In this document: positions 20,260 through 30,193 of the stretch, one piece after another
How positions within the stretch are numbered: position 1 is the first letter of the stretch
Layout of the letters: every line of letters starts with the position of its first letter
Origin: an uncultured delta proteobacterium
Lineage (GTDB): Bacteria > Myxococcota_A > Polyangia > Polyangiales > Polyangiaceae
Assembly: GCA_963696385.1 (NCBI GenBank)
Contig: CAVOKF010000007.1
Coordinates: 384,001 to 448,000, forward strand
DNA: 64,000 bases
Direction of reading: 5' to 3'
The notes under the pieces: generated by a model
What the model saw: the letters and a program-made list of their open reading frames with translations, nothing else
Database searches by the model: none
What the model was told of the DNA's origin: nothing
Position numbers and translations under genes: made by a program

Positions 20260-20643
20260 TTAGAGGTGTACGACGCGCACGCTAGGAAAAAAGCTGCGAA
20301 GGCGGAGCAGGTCGGGCACGTCGGATGTGTAAACGAGGTCGCCGCGCTTCGCGGCCGAGGCCATGACGATCGCATCGACGACCGTGGCCCCGGCCGTCGC
20401 GGCGATAGCTTCTCCGGCGAGCTTCGCGAGCTCGTCGTCTAGCGGTTCGACGTCGACCATTGCGAGAATGTCGTCGCGCCGATCGGTGCGTCCGCGCCAC
20501 CACTCGACAACGACGGCGGCGGGAACGGTGATCGTTCGACCTCGCTTCGTGGCGAGCGCGAGGACCGCTGCGATCGAGGCTTGCCGCCTTTCAAGCGCCA
20601 TCAGCGCGCCGGCATCAAACGTCAGGCCCGGCGTCTGCGTCAT
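20260..20643 (-). CDS. PIN-domain (VapC-like) toxin
   Basis: LTFDAGALMALER...VVVEWWR...VVDAIVMA...YTSDVPDL. Confidence 0.85.
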   Translation of the reverse strand: MTQTPGLTFDAGALMALERRQASIAAVLALATKRGRTITVPAAVVVEWWRGRTDRRDDILAMVDVEPLDDELAKLAGEAIAATAGATVVDAIVMASAAKRGDLVYTSDVPDLLRLRSFFPSVRVVHL

Positions 20644-20903
20644 CGCTTGCGCGGGCGCCTAGGCTTCGCCGCCGGCTCCGCAGCTTCGCCCCACTCGGCG
20701 AGGATCTCTGCTTCACGCTCGGGCGTGAGGGTAGCGGCCGGTCCCAGCCACGCGAGGACGCGTTCCCGTGCCTCTTGCTGGCGAGCTCGCCGGATCGCGT
20801 CCGTGATGACCGACGAGAGGCTGACGCCCTCACGGTCAGCCCGCTGCTTGGCCCACTTGAGCAAGGTGGGCTCTGCGATGGAGAAACTAACCTTGGCTGC
20901 CAT
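20640..20903 (-). CDS. Ribbon-helix-helix antitoxin
   Basis: MAAKVSFSI...GVSLSSVITDAIRR; ATGA overlap with the toxin. Confidence 0.8.
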   Translation of the reverse strand: MAAKVSFSIAEPTLLKWAKQRADREGVSLSSVITDAIRRARQQEARERVLAWLGPAATLTPEREAEILAEWGEAAEPAAKPRRPRKR

Positions 20904-21078
20904 TCTTCTTACTTCAGGTAGGAACAAATGCCACACGGCTCCGGACGGGGCAACCTTCAAGCGCCTGAGCCGGCTACTCCTCGCGTCCGTCGCAGGGATC
21001 ACTCATGAATGTCACCACCGGTGCCCGAGGGTACCAAAATCGCCGAGATCACCGGGGACCCGTTAGCGATCGGCGCGC

Positions 21079-21168
21079 GACCCCGACCGGACCCCGACCG
21101 GACCCCGACCGGACCCCGACCGGACCCCAACCGGACCCCGACCGGACCCCGACCGGACCCCGACCCCG
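21079..21168 (+). repeat. Variant array (GACCCCGACCG)n, about 8 units of 11 bp
   Basis: Directly visible; higher-order derivative of GACCCC. Confidence 0.95.
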
Positions 21169-21179
21169 ATGCGCAACTC

Positions 21180-21872
21180 TTACTGGAGCCTCGGGGCGCC
21201 CGCCCCCGCGAAGCGCCGGGCATAGTACCGGCGCCAGATCGTCAGCCCGACGGCGAGGACGGCAATCGGGCCGGCCCAGAGGACGAGATCGAACGGCCGC
21301 ATGCCCAAGCGCCGTGCGTTCACGACGACGAACGCGGTGACGGTCGAGATGCACGACGTTCCCATTCCATTCATGTGCGCGATAAACCACTCACGCTCGT
21401 GTGCGGGAGGCGTGAGCCAGAAGCGGAGGTGCGTCACGCCGAGTACGACGCCGAGCACTGCGAAGAGGACGTAGAGGGCCATCGACCGGTAGATGCCGAA
21501 CGCCGCGAGCGCGACCCCGCCCGCGACGAGGAGAAGGGGCGGGACAAGATCGACCGCGCCTCGCGAAGTCCCGGCGCGTCCCTTCGTCCGGAGCGCGCGC
21601 ACGCCGAACTGAGCGCTCGTGCCCGCGACGACGCTGACGTACGCGAGAAAGATGCCCGCGCGCCACCGCAAAGGGCTGCCGCCGCTCAGGAGCTGGATGC
21701 ATAACAAGAAGCCCGTAACCGCAAGCGTCGCCGCGGCCGCGACGTAGACCCATCCGACGCGCCGGTGCGTTCGCCCGCCCTTCTTCGTGACCAGCGGGAC
21801 CCAGAAGACCAAGAGCGCGACCGCTCCCGCGGCGACGTGAACGGCGAGCACACTCTGGAATAGGCGGGCCAT
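21180..21872 (-). CDS. DUF2306-like integral membrane protein
   Basis: HVAAG...KKGGRTHRRVGWVY...HMNGMGTSCISTVTAF; several TM segments. Confidence 0.75.
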   Translation of the reverse strand: MARLFQSVLAVHVAAGAVALLVFWVPLVTKKGGRTHRRVGWVYVAAAATLAVTGFLLCIQLLSGGSPLRWRAGIFLAYVSVVAGTSAQFGVRALRTKGRAGTSRGAVDLVPPLLLVAGGVALAAFGIYRSMALYVLFAVLGVVLGVTHLRFWLTPPAHEREWFIAHMNGMGTSCISTVTAFVVVNARRLGMRPFDLVLWAGPIAVLAVGLTIWRRYYARRFAGAGAPRLQ

Positions 21873-21996
21873 GGCCCCATCGTGCACTCTCGCCAACGCT
21901 CGTACATGAGCCGTCCGTATTACCGGCGTGTCGATTCCTCTTGTGACTTTCGGCCCATGGCGGGCGCGCGGCAAGGCTCGTACGCTGCCCGAGGCG

Positions 21997-23130
21997 ATGA
22001 TTCGAGCCCATTCGGAGCGTCCACTCGTCGGGGCGGGGTTTGTCGTCTGGATGGCGGCGGGCGTGCCGCAGATGGGGGCGTGGGCGTCAGGGCGAGCTTG
22101 CTTCGACCAACGTTCTCTCGTTTGGTGCGCGGCCTATGGAGCGTTCGCGATCGCCTTCCACCTCGCGGCTTCGACGGTGCGGCGCGGCGCGTGGCGCCCG
22201 GCGGCGCTCGCTGGGCAGAGCGGGGCGGCGCTCGTCGCGCTCGCGATCGGCAGCTCCGGGTTCGAGGGGGCTCTCCTCTGCGTCGTCGCTGGCGAGGCGC
22301 CGCTCGTCGTGGGCGAGAAGACCGGGCTCGTCTGGGTGATCGCGCAGACAGCGGCGATGGTGGCGGTCGACCTGGTGAGCCCTTTCCGCAGTCGAGCGAC
22401 CCACCTTTCGGCGGTTGCGTACGCCGGCTTTCAACTGTTCGCTTTCGCCGCGTCGCGACTCGTCGTGCGCGAAGCGCAAGCACGTGCGGAGCTCGGGCGC
22501 GTGCACGCCGAGCTCCTCGCGACACGCGAGCTCTTCGCCGACAGCACCCGCACCGCCGAGCGGCTGCGCATTGCACGCGAGCTTCACGACGCCCTCGGCC
22601 ACCACCTGACCGCCCTGAACCTCCAGCTCGAGCTCGCCCGAAACATCGCCGACAGGAAAACCAAGGAACCGGTCGATCACGCGCACTCCCTCACCAAGGA
22701 GCTCCTCGTCGAGCTCCGAAGCGTTGTGAGCGCGATGCGCGAGGAGGCGCCGCTCGATCTCTCCGGCGCCCTGCAAACCTTGGTCGCCGGCATCCCGCAC
22801 CCGCGCGTGCATCTTGCTTTCGAGCAGGACCTGCGGGTCGAGGCGGCCCTCGCCCACACCATCTTTCGCTGCGTTCAGGAGGCGCTCACCAATGCCGTGC
22901 GCCACGCCGGGGCGGAGAACGTCTTTCTGGCCATCAAAACGACGGACGATACTGTCGCCGTGACCGTGAGGGACGACGGGCGAGGCGCTCCGGAGTTAAG
23001 GGTGGGGCACGGGCTGTCCGGACTGCGGGAGAGGATCGAAGGAATGGGCGGCAAGATTGAGTTCGAGGCGCACGCGGGGGTAGGTCTCACGCTGCGCGCG
23101 CTCCTCCCCGCGCGGGCGGGCGCTCCGTGA
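21997..23130 (+). CDS. Membrane sensor histidine kinase (HisKA_3, NarX-like)
   Basis: ERLRIARELHDALGHHLT, QEALTNAVRHA, DDGRG, GHGLSGLRER. Confidence 0.93.
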   Translation: MIRAHSERPLVGAGFVVWMAAGVPQMGAWASGRACFDQRSLVWCAAYGAFAIAFHLAASTVRRGAWRPAALAGQSGAALVALAIGSSGFEGALLCVVAGEAPLVVGEKTGLVWVIAQTAAMVAVDLVSPFRSRATHLSAVAYAGFQLFAFAASRLVVREAQARAELGRVHAELLATRELFADSTRTAERLRIARELHDALGHHLTALNLQLELARNIADRKTKEPVDHAHSLTKELLVELRSVVSAMREEAPLDLSGALQTLVAGIPHPRVHLAFEQDLRVEAALAHTIFRCVQEALTNAVRHAGAENVFLAIKTTDDTVAVTVRDDGRGAPELRVGHGLSGLRERIEGMGGKIEFEAHAGVGLTLRALLPARAGAP

Positions 23131-23768
23131 TCCGAGTCGCCCTGGCGGATGACCAGACGCTGGTCCGGCAGGGCATCAAGGGCCTCCTTGAGCTCACCTC
23201 GGACATCCGCGTGGTCGCCGAGGCGTCCGACGGAGACGAGGGGCTCCGGATTCTGACTACGATCGCCGTCGATGTCGCGCTCCTCGACGTCCGTATGCCA
23301 CACATGACCGGTGTCGAGGTTCTCGCCGCGCTGGGACGAATAGCGTCACGCCCGCCTTGCATCCTCCTCACGACGTTCGACGACGACGTCGTCGCGATCG
23401 AAGGGATAAGGCTCGGCGCCCGCGGCTTCCTCCTCAAAGACGTCTCGCTCGAGCAACTCGCAGAGGCCGTGCGCACCGTCGCGGCTGGAGGGACGCTCAT
23501 CAACCCTGCCGTTACCGAGCGCGTCGTTCGCGGCCTCGCTCGCCTCGCGACCAGCGTTCCCGCCTCGCCCTTCCCCGCCCCGCTCACGAAGCGCGAGCTC
23601 GACGTCCTGCGACTTATCGCCGCCGGACAGAGTAACAGAGAGATCTCCGTCGTACTCGGCACCGCCGAAGCGACGGTGAAGAATCAAGCCTCGAGCATTT
23701 TTGGCAAGCTTGGGGTACGTGACCGGACCCGCGCGGTGCTGCGCGCCATCGAGCTGGGGATCCTCTAA
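23127..23768 (+). CDS. NarL/LuxR-family response regulator
   Basis: LADDQ, LLDVRMP, LTTFDD, FLLKD, LTKRELDVL...SNREI. Confidence 0.95.
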   Translation: MIRVALADDQTLVRQGIKGLLELTSDIRVVAEASDGDEGLRILTTIAVDVALLDVRMPHMTGVEVLAALGRIASRPPCILLTTFDDDVVAIEGIRLGARGFLLKDVSLEQLAEAVRTVAAGGTLINPAVTERVVRGLARLATSVPASPFPAPLTKRELDVLRLIAAGQSNREISVVLGTAEATVKNQASSIFGKLGVRDRTRAVLRAIELGIL

Positions 23769-23836
23769 AATCTGGCACGGCCATCAAGCCCCGCTGACGG
23801 GCAAGCCCTCTGCCGCTGCCACCTCGACCTAAACTA

Positions 23837-23932
<96 letters not shown>

Positions 23933-24001
23933 CGAGCCCGTCGGCATGCGAGAGCAACCCCGCGTCAGGTAACGGATCGCCCCCGCACGCGTAGACCCAG
24001 T

Positions 24002-24766
24002 GTGCGTACCATCATCGGCATCACGGGCACGTTGCTTGCGACGGTGTGCCTTGCAGGCGCGGTCCGGGCCGCACACCAAGGAGAGTCTCCCGCCCCGCTG
24101 CACGCCGGCGGCGTGCCGGTAATCGTCGAGCTTTTTTCGTCGGAGGGGTGCAGCAGCTGCCCGCCCGCGGACACCTGGCTCGCTTCGCTCGACCGGACAC
24201 AGCCCATCCAGGGCGTGTCGATCCTCGCGCTCGAGGAGCACGTCGACTACTGGGACGGGCTCGGCTGGCGCGATCCGTTTGGTCAACCGCAATTCGGCGA
24301 GAGACAGGGCGAGTACGCTCGTACACTTCCAGACAGGCGCACGTACACGCCCGAGATCGTCGTCGACGGACATTCGACGGTGCAGAGCGGCGACCCGGAG
24401 CAGGCCGCGCGGGATCTGCGAGCCTCGGCGAGCCAGCCACGTGCACGAGTAGGGCTGTCCAGACAGGGCGATCACCTCAGTGTCGACGTGCTCGACCTTC
24501 CCGGAAACGAGGACGTCGAGGTCTGGCTCGCGATCACGGAGTCGGGGCTGTCGACCGACGTGCCGCAGGGCGAGAATGCAGGCCGGCACCTCGCCCATGC
24601 GCCCATCGTGCGCGTCCTGCGCAAGCTCGCCGTCGCCCGCGTGAGCCCCATCCACGTCGAGACGGTGTTCCAAGTGGACCCCGCGTGGGCGTCGCGTTCC
24701 CTTCGCTTCGTGGCCTTCGTGCAGCAGAGACGAAGCCGCCGCATCCTCGGCGCGAACGCTCTGTGA
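24002..24766 (+). CDS. DUF1223 thioredoxin-like secreted protein
   Basis: VELFSSEGCSSCPPAD, HVDYWDGLGWRDPF, YTPEIVVDG, GENAG. Confidence 0.9.
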   Translation: MRTIIGITGTLLATVCLAGAVRAAHQGESPAPLHAGGVPVIVELFSSEGCSSCPPADTWLASLDRTQPIQGVSILALEEHVDYWDGLGWRDPFGQPQFGERQGEYARTLPDRRTYTPEIVVDGHSTVQSGDPEQAARDLRASASQPRARVGLSRQGDHLSVDVLDLPGNEDVEVWLAITESGLSTDVPQGENAGRHLAHAPIVRVLRKLAVARVSPIHVETVFQVDPAWASRSLRFVAFVQQRRSRRILGANAL

Positions 24767-24982
24767 TGTGTCGCAGACACTCCACGCGCGTGATCTCGCT
24801 GGTCACGGCCTTGGAGCGTCGCCATCGCTGCCGCGTCCCTAAAAATAAGCCTCCTCGGGCGAGTCTGTGGGTGAGCCAATCGGGCTCGGGAAGGTTTCCG
24901 ATCGCGTGATAACCGCAGAACAAGCGACGCACTGCAAGCCTGACCAAGACCTACACCGAGGAGCTCCAACCGGACGTCGCCC

Positions 24983-26230
24983 TCACGGATGCAGTTTCTC
25001 CCCCTTCGCCAACATCGCGACGAACTGGGCGATGCGACGGGCTCGCGTCTCCGCCTTCTTCGCGTTGTGAACCCGCCACAGGATGGCGTATCGGTTGTGA
25101 GCCTCCAGCGTGGCGAAACATCTCTGCGCGCGAGGGTTGTTCGCGAGTGCCGTTGCGAGATCCTCCGGCACCGACGCGTCTCTCTGCGATTCGTAGGCTC
25201 GATCCCACCGACCGTCCTTCTTGGCTCGTTCGACCTCCGCAAGGCCGAAGGGCATCATCTTGCCCGCCGCCATGAGCGCAATTGCCTTGTCGCGATTGAT
25301 CTTCGACCACACGCTCTTGGAGCCACGTGGCGTGAATTTCTGAAGCCACCATGCTTCGTCGAACGCCTTCTTCTGCCCATCGATCCATCCCCAGACGAGT
25401 GCGACCTCGATCGCTTCAGCGTAGGTAACCGAGGTATTTGTCGACGTCTTCTTGGCGATCTTCAGCCATACGCCGCGCGACGACGCATGGCTCGACGCGA
25501 GCCAAGCCGACCACTCTTTGGCATCCGCGAACGAGACCACAGGAATCCCCGTCTCGATCGCCTTTCTTGGGGCGACGAAGCGCTCTTTGCTCCTCGGCGC
25601 GGTCGATCCGGACGCCTGCTTGTCGTAGGCCGCCTCCGCCTGCAGCAGGGAAACTTCGACCCCCTTTGCAATTCGCTTTTCGCGCGTGCGTTCGCCGACC
25701 GCCTCCTCGATCCAGCGGATGATGTGACTTCTCTTGCCCGCAGGAAACGTCCCGAACGCTTCCAACGCACCGCTATCGCGGAGCGCTCGGTCGAGGTCGT
25801 GCGGCACGCGGTCCGCTTGGGGCATTTTGTCGACGCGCAGAACGGCCGTCAGCCGGTCACCGGGTTCGATCCCCACTTCGCTGCGAACCCGCGCATTGAG
25901 CTGCAAGCGATGGCGCCCGCCGCCGACGGGCACGATGCTCGCGCGGAACTCCGTCTTGCCATTGATCGTCGACACGACGGGAACCGGACCGCGGCGACCG
26001 ATGGCACGGCTAACCCGCTCGGGGATCTCGATAAAATAAAACGAGTACCCTGGTGCCTTGCGCAGTGGCGTTGAGAACGCGAAGCTGTCGACGGCCTCGG
26101 TTTCGTGCATCAGCGAATGTTCGCGGGCGAGCCCGTCGTCGTCAACGTGCATCTCCCGCAGCACCGGGGGTTCTGGAGGAATGAGCGTCGGGGGGATCCG
26201 ACCTCGACCTAGTCCGATTTGGCGGCTCAA
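24983..26230 (-). CDS. DUF1905 + OmdA/YdeI-associated multidomain protein
   Basis: DUF1905-like N-terminus, two OmdA-like segments (VPHDLDRAL...TREKRI; VPEDLATAL...TRARRI) and a YdeI segment (WGWIDGQ...FTPR..KSVWSKIN); start uncertain. Confidence 0.8.
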   Translation of the reverse strand: MSRQIGLGRGRIPPTLIPPEPPVLREMHVDDDGLAREHSLMHETEAVDSFAFSTPLRKAPGYSFYFIEIPERVSRAIGRRGPVPVVSTINGKTEFRASIVPVGGGRHRLQLNARVRSEVGIEPGDRLTAVLRVDKMPQADRVPHDLDRALRDSGALEAFGTFPAGKRSHIIRWIEEAVGERTREKRIAKGVEVSLLQAEAAYDKQASGSTAPRSKERFVAPRKAIETGIPVVSFADAKEWSAWLASSHASSRGVWLKIAKKTSTNTSVTYAEAIEVALVWGWIDGQKKAFDEAWWLQKFTPRGSKSVWSKINRDKAIALMAAGKMMPFGLAEVERAKKDGRWDRAYESQRDASVPEDLATALANNPRAQRCFATLEAHNRYAILWRVHNAKKAETRARRIAQFVAMLAKGEKLHP

Positions 26231-27084
26231 AGGCGTCCGTTCGGCGAGGTCGGCACGGACTTCCGGTCGCAGGGAGCGGGCGGCGCGGGGCTGAATGCCA
26301 CCGAGTACACGACTTCCGTCAACCCCGATTCCGTACTTGGAAATGTGAGGCTGCCAAAACTACGAACGACGCACGTGACGACGCCCGACTCCGGGAGATC
26401 GCTGCCGTCATCGGCGAACGACGTCACACTGCCCGTCGCGTCCACGACGAACTTGACGGTGACATGGCCCTGAAGCGACGGGTGAAACCGCAGTCCATTT
26501 TCGTAGCAGAGGCGAAAGCGACCAAAGGCACGCGATGCGACGATGCGCTCGACTGCGGCCCGCGTGAAAGAGCCGCTCACCCGCACGTCGGTCACGCGCA
26601 TCGATGGGGCCTGGACGCGATGGTCAAAGCAAGGCGGGCCTCTCCGTGACGACGCCGGCGTTGGGTGCGAGGCCGCTACTGCGTCGCGATCCCGCAGGGG
26701 CCCGACGGCGCCGGAATCTCGCTCGCCTTCGCTCCCAGGAAGGGGGTTCGAGGCCAAAGACTTTGGGTCTTCGGGGACGGCCGAAGGACTCCTCTCTGTT
26801 TCGGCGGCCGCTGGGACTGACGAGGGGACGGACCAGCGGAGCTCCGTCGACCTGGCCGGCTGGACGTCGCCGTCTTCCAACGGGGTGTGCCGTTCCCCCT
26901 TGTGGATGGCCGCCGGCCCCGTGCAAGCAAGAGTCGCCAGCGCCGCGAGAGCCCAAGTGCGAGGTTCGCCCACGCCGGCCGGCCGACGCGCGCGGTCGGC
27001 CTGGGGCACGTGCACCACGGCGTCCGGATCTTTCTCGTAAGCTCGACGCGCCACGCGTTGGCCGGATTGCTCGCTGCTCGCCAT
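26227..27084 (-). CDS. AgmX/PglI C-terminal domain protein
   Basis: FGRFRLCYENGLR...LQGHVTVKFVVDATGSV...VVTCVVRSFGSLTFP; start uncertain. Confidence 0.75.
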   Translation of the reverse strand: MASSEQSGQRVARRAYEKDPDAVVHVPQADRARRPAGVGEPRTWALAALATLACTGPAAIHKGERHTPLEDGDVQPARSTELRWSVPSSVPAAAETERSPSAVPEDPKSLASNPLPGSEGERDSGAVGPLRDRDAVAASHPTPASSRRGPPCFDHRVQAPSMRVTDVRVSGSFTRAAVERIVASRAFGRFRLCYENGLRFHPSLQGHVTVKFVVDATGSVTSFADDGSDLPESGVVTCVVRSFGSLTFPSTESGLTEVVYSVAFSPAPPAPCDRKSVPTSPNGRL

Positions 27085-27811
27085 CGTGCTCCCCGCTCGG
27101 GCCCCTCGCCGCTGTTTCGTCAACGTCACCGCCCGCAATTCAGACTCGCGCGGGAGTGATTTGTTCCCGGTCGCGTGCGACCCGCATTTGCAGGCTCGAC
27201 GCGGCGGGCGCGTCTGTCACGCTGAAAGGAGTGTCACCACCGGTCGGCCAGGGAACCCCAATCGCCGAGATCACCGTCATCTCGCGGCCCGAATCGTCCG
27301 GGGAATCGTCCGGCAGCGGGGGTCGTGCTTCGGTCGTCGGGATATGGACGGCGTCGGGCGCGGAGAGAGAGCGGAGGGTAGCCTCGGCGACGTCCGCGGG
27401 AATCAGGGCGCGGGGACGCCACCGCGCGTGTGCCGTCTCGTGTGACGATAGCTTCATGACAGACGGCGTTCGGCTCCGATCCCGGCGACGGCTCGTTCCT
27501 CTGCTCGTCGTGGGGCTAGTCGCGGCCTGTGAGCGTCCCCCGTCCCCGTGTTTCTGAACTTCGCCCGCATCTACGGCGGCGGCCACTCGCGGCCGGCGGC
27601 TCGGGCGGCGCGAAGCACATCGTGCTCGAATCTAGCTCACGTCACACACTTCGGTGCCGACGCCGGGCAGAGCGGTCATCCTCGCGGGCAGCGAGGACTC
27701 TCTGCTCGCGGTCACGGTGCGGGTGACGGCGGAGGCCTCCTCGACAGGGCTTCCTGGCGCTCTTACGTTGTGTTCGTGCTCGTGACCAAAGGCGACTTTG
27801 CGACACGAGGC

Positions 27812-29161
27812 GTGTCTGCAGCCAGACTCCCGGCTTCCGCTTCGTTTGCGTTCGTCGCGTCTATCTTCACCGGCTGCGCGCCGGTTTCGTATTCAGCGCC
27901 CCACGCGTCACCCATGTCCGCCGTGTCGCCGGCGGTCGCGATGGCCTCCCAGACCCGCCCCGCGGAGACGATTGCCGTGCGGGACCTCGACCCTGGCGAC
28001 CGACAGTTCGACGACCTGGCTCCGCTTGCTCGTGTGCTCGGGGATGTGCGGGTGGTGCTAATCGGCGAGCCGTCGCATCTCGACGGCGCCGCCTTCGACG
28101 CGAAGGTGCGGCTGATCGAGTTTCTGCACGAGCGGCTGGGCTTCGACATCCTCGCGTGGGAGGCGGGGATGTGGAGCTGCGAGCAGATGGACGCGCGCGT
28201 CCGCCAACCAGGCGCCGGAGGCGACGCACGCGAGCTAGGCCTCGGCTGGCCCTGGGGCGGCGTTCAACAGACCAAGGCGATCTTCGAATACGCGCGCGCG
28301 ACCGCCCGCGCCGGCAAGCCGCTGCGGATGACGGGCATCGACATCCAGTTCACGGGTAAGGACGGCGTGTCCCGGTACCGCGACTGGCTCGTCTCGTACG
28401 TGGATGCCGCACACGCCTGGTCCGTTGAGCAGCGAGCGGGCATCCTCCAGGCCTTCGATCGCTTCCCGAAGCAGAAGAAGTTCTCGGCCCTTACGCCCGA
28501 GATACGCGCCCGCGATCGAGCGGCCTTCGCGCAGCTGCGCGATCGCCTCGCTCGCACGGGCAGCGGCCCTGACCGCGCCTTGGCGGTTCGCTCGATCGAG
28601 GCCGTCGACGCGCTCTACCGATGGCATGAGGCTGTCGGGGCCGACCAGTCGACGACGATTGCGTGGGACGAGCACGTCGCACTCAACAATGTCCGCGACG
28701 AAGCCATGGCCGACAACATTCTCTGGCTCCTCGACCAGAACCCCGCGAGCCGCATCGTGGTGTGGATGGCGAACGTCCACGCAGCGCGTTCGCTCGAGAC
28801 ACTCGATGTCACCGGCAGCTCGGCCAATCCGCACGCGTTCGATGGCTACCATCCGACGGGCGAGCGGTTGGCCCGCGTACTGGGGCACCGCGCGTACTCG
28901 ATCGCGATGACGGCTTTCGAGGGCACGGTGGGGAACCCGCCGACGAAGCCCCACGCGCTGTCGCCCACACCCGAGGGGAGCTTCGAGTCGCGCATGGCGT
29001 CGGGCCAGGCGCCTGCGGCCTTCGTCGACTTCCGCAGCGTTTCGGCCAACGTGCCGCCGATCGCCCGATTCATCGGGTACGGACGCTACCGCGCAGCCTG
29101 GGCGCAGGTGTTCGATGGGGCGCTGTTCATTCACACCATGTATCCCGCAACGGCCGATTGA
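27812..29161 (+). CDS. Erythromycin esterase family lipoprotein
   Basis: Lipobox IFTGC; VRVVLIGEPSH, FLHERLGFDILAWE, RDEAMADN, KIVVW-like RIVVWMANVH. Confidence 0.85.
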   Translation: MSAARLPASASFAFVASIFTGCAPVSYSAPHASPMSAVSPAVAMASQTRPAETIAVRDLDPGDRQFDDLAPLARVLGDVRVVLIGEPSHLDGAAFDAKVRLIEFLHERLGFDILAWEAGMWSCEQMDARVRQPGAGGDARELGLGWPWGGVQQTKAIFEYARATARAGKPLRMTGIDIQFTGKDGVSRYRDWLVSYVDAAHAWSVEQRAGILQAFDRFPKQKKFSALTPEIRARDRAAFAQLRDRLARTGSGPDRALAVRSIEAVDALYRWHEAVGADQSTTIAWDEHVALNNVRDEAMADNILWLLDQNPASRIVVWMANVHAARSLETLDVTGSSANPHAFDGYHPTGERLARVLGHRAYSIAMTAFEGTVGNPPTKPHALSPTPEGSFESRMASGQAPAAFVDFRSVSANVPPIARFIGYGRYRAAWAQVFDGALFIHTMYPATAD

Positions 29162-29319
29162 TGACTCGTGTGGCCTTTAATTCCCACCCATGTGGCTGGA
29201 CTCGGCGACGCCGCAGCAATTCATCAGGTGTGGCCCCAACGGAATACGACGGGCTCACGCGTGTTGGCGGCGCAATACGTGCACGAGACCGACGCCGGAA
29301 AAGGTTGCTACAGCAGGTT

Positions 29320-29850
29320 TCATGACGGCCTCCCTTGGCTCGAAAGAATCGCGGCAAGCTCGTCGAGCTGCTCGAGCGTCTCGCGCATCCCAGGTTCCAT
29401 CCCGGACGCGAGGGTAGCGTCGAGGGCGTCCTTCGAGGGATAGACGTCGTGCATCACCAGCAGCGTCTTGCCGCCATTTTCCACGAAAGTCACCGTGGTG
29501 ACGGCCCCACCGTCCCCACCTTCTTCATTCGTCCAGACGAGGCGCGAGTGCGGTGTCACTTCGAGGTACCTGCCGAAGAACTCCCCCATTGGCTTTGAGG
29601 CAGCGTCGACGAACACGAAACGGTACCTGCCCCCCGCGCGAACATCCGCCTCGCAGGAAAGCAGAGACAGGCCCGTCGACTTCGGTGCCCACCACCGCTT
29701 GAGCAGATCGGGCTTGGTGAACGCGTCGAACACGATGCGCGCCGGGCCATTGATGGTTCGCGTGACAACCAGTTCGCGCTCGGACTTGCGTTCCACCGTC
29801 GTGCGGTTCTTCATGGGGGTGGGGTCACCTTCTCTTGCTGTGGCGTCCAT
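29320..29850 (-). CDS. SRPBCC/AHSA1-family protein
   Basis: ELVVTRTINGPARIVFDAFT...WW, YLEVTPHSRLVWT, LEQLDEL. Confidence 0.88.
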   Translation of the reverse strand: MDATAREGDPTPMKNRTTVERKSERELVVTRTINGPARIVFDAFTKPDLLKRWWAPKSTGLSLLSCEADVRAGGRYRFVFVDAASKPMGEFFGRYLEVTPHSRLVWTNEEGGDGGAVTTVTFVENGGKTLLVMHDVYPSKDALDATLASGMEPGMRETLEQLDELAAILSSQGRPS

Positions 29851-30193
29851 CGGGCTCCTCCTTGTTCGTCCATGTCTCGACAAGCTCATCCAGTGCGTCG
29901 AAGCGTGCGTCCCAGAGCGTGCGGTACCTCTCGATTTACGCCGTCTCATCCTCCAGCCGGCGCGGCCCCAGCTTGCAGTTCGGCACGCGCCCGACCTTCT
30001 CCGTGGTGACGAGCCCGGCCTGCTCCGGGACGCCGACGCGCTTCTTCATGCCCGTGAGGGTCATGTGGAACCTCTCGGCAAGGTGCGTGATCGAAGCGTC
30101 TGCACGTCCGAGCTGCTCCAGAACGCCGCGTCGGGTGACGTCTGAGAGCGCATTGAACGACGCATCGAGGCGGACACCCGAAGACTGAACCAT
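29825..30193 (-). pseudogene. ArsR-family regulator with an in-frame stop at 29936-29938
   Basis: LDASFNALSDVTRRGVLEQL...LEDETA*IERYRTLWDARFDALDEL; the frame continues normally past TAA. Confidence 0.75.

Noticed and set aside
23773..23790. sigma54 promoter TGGCACGG before the 23838 array
   Set aside because: No GC at the -12 position.
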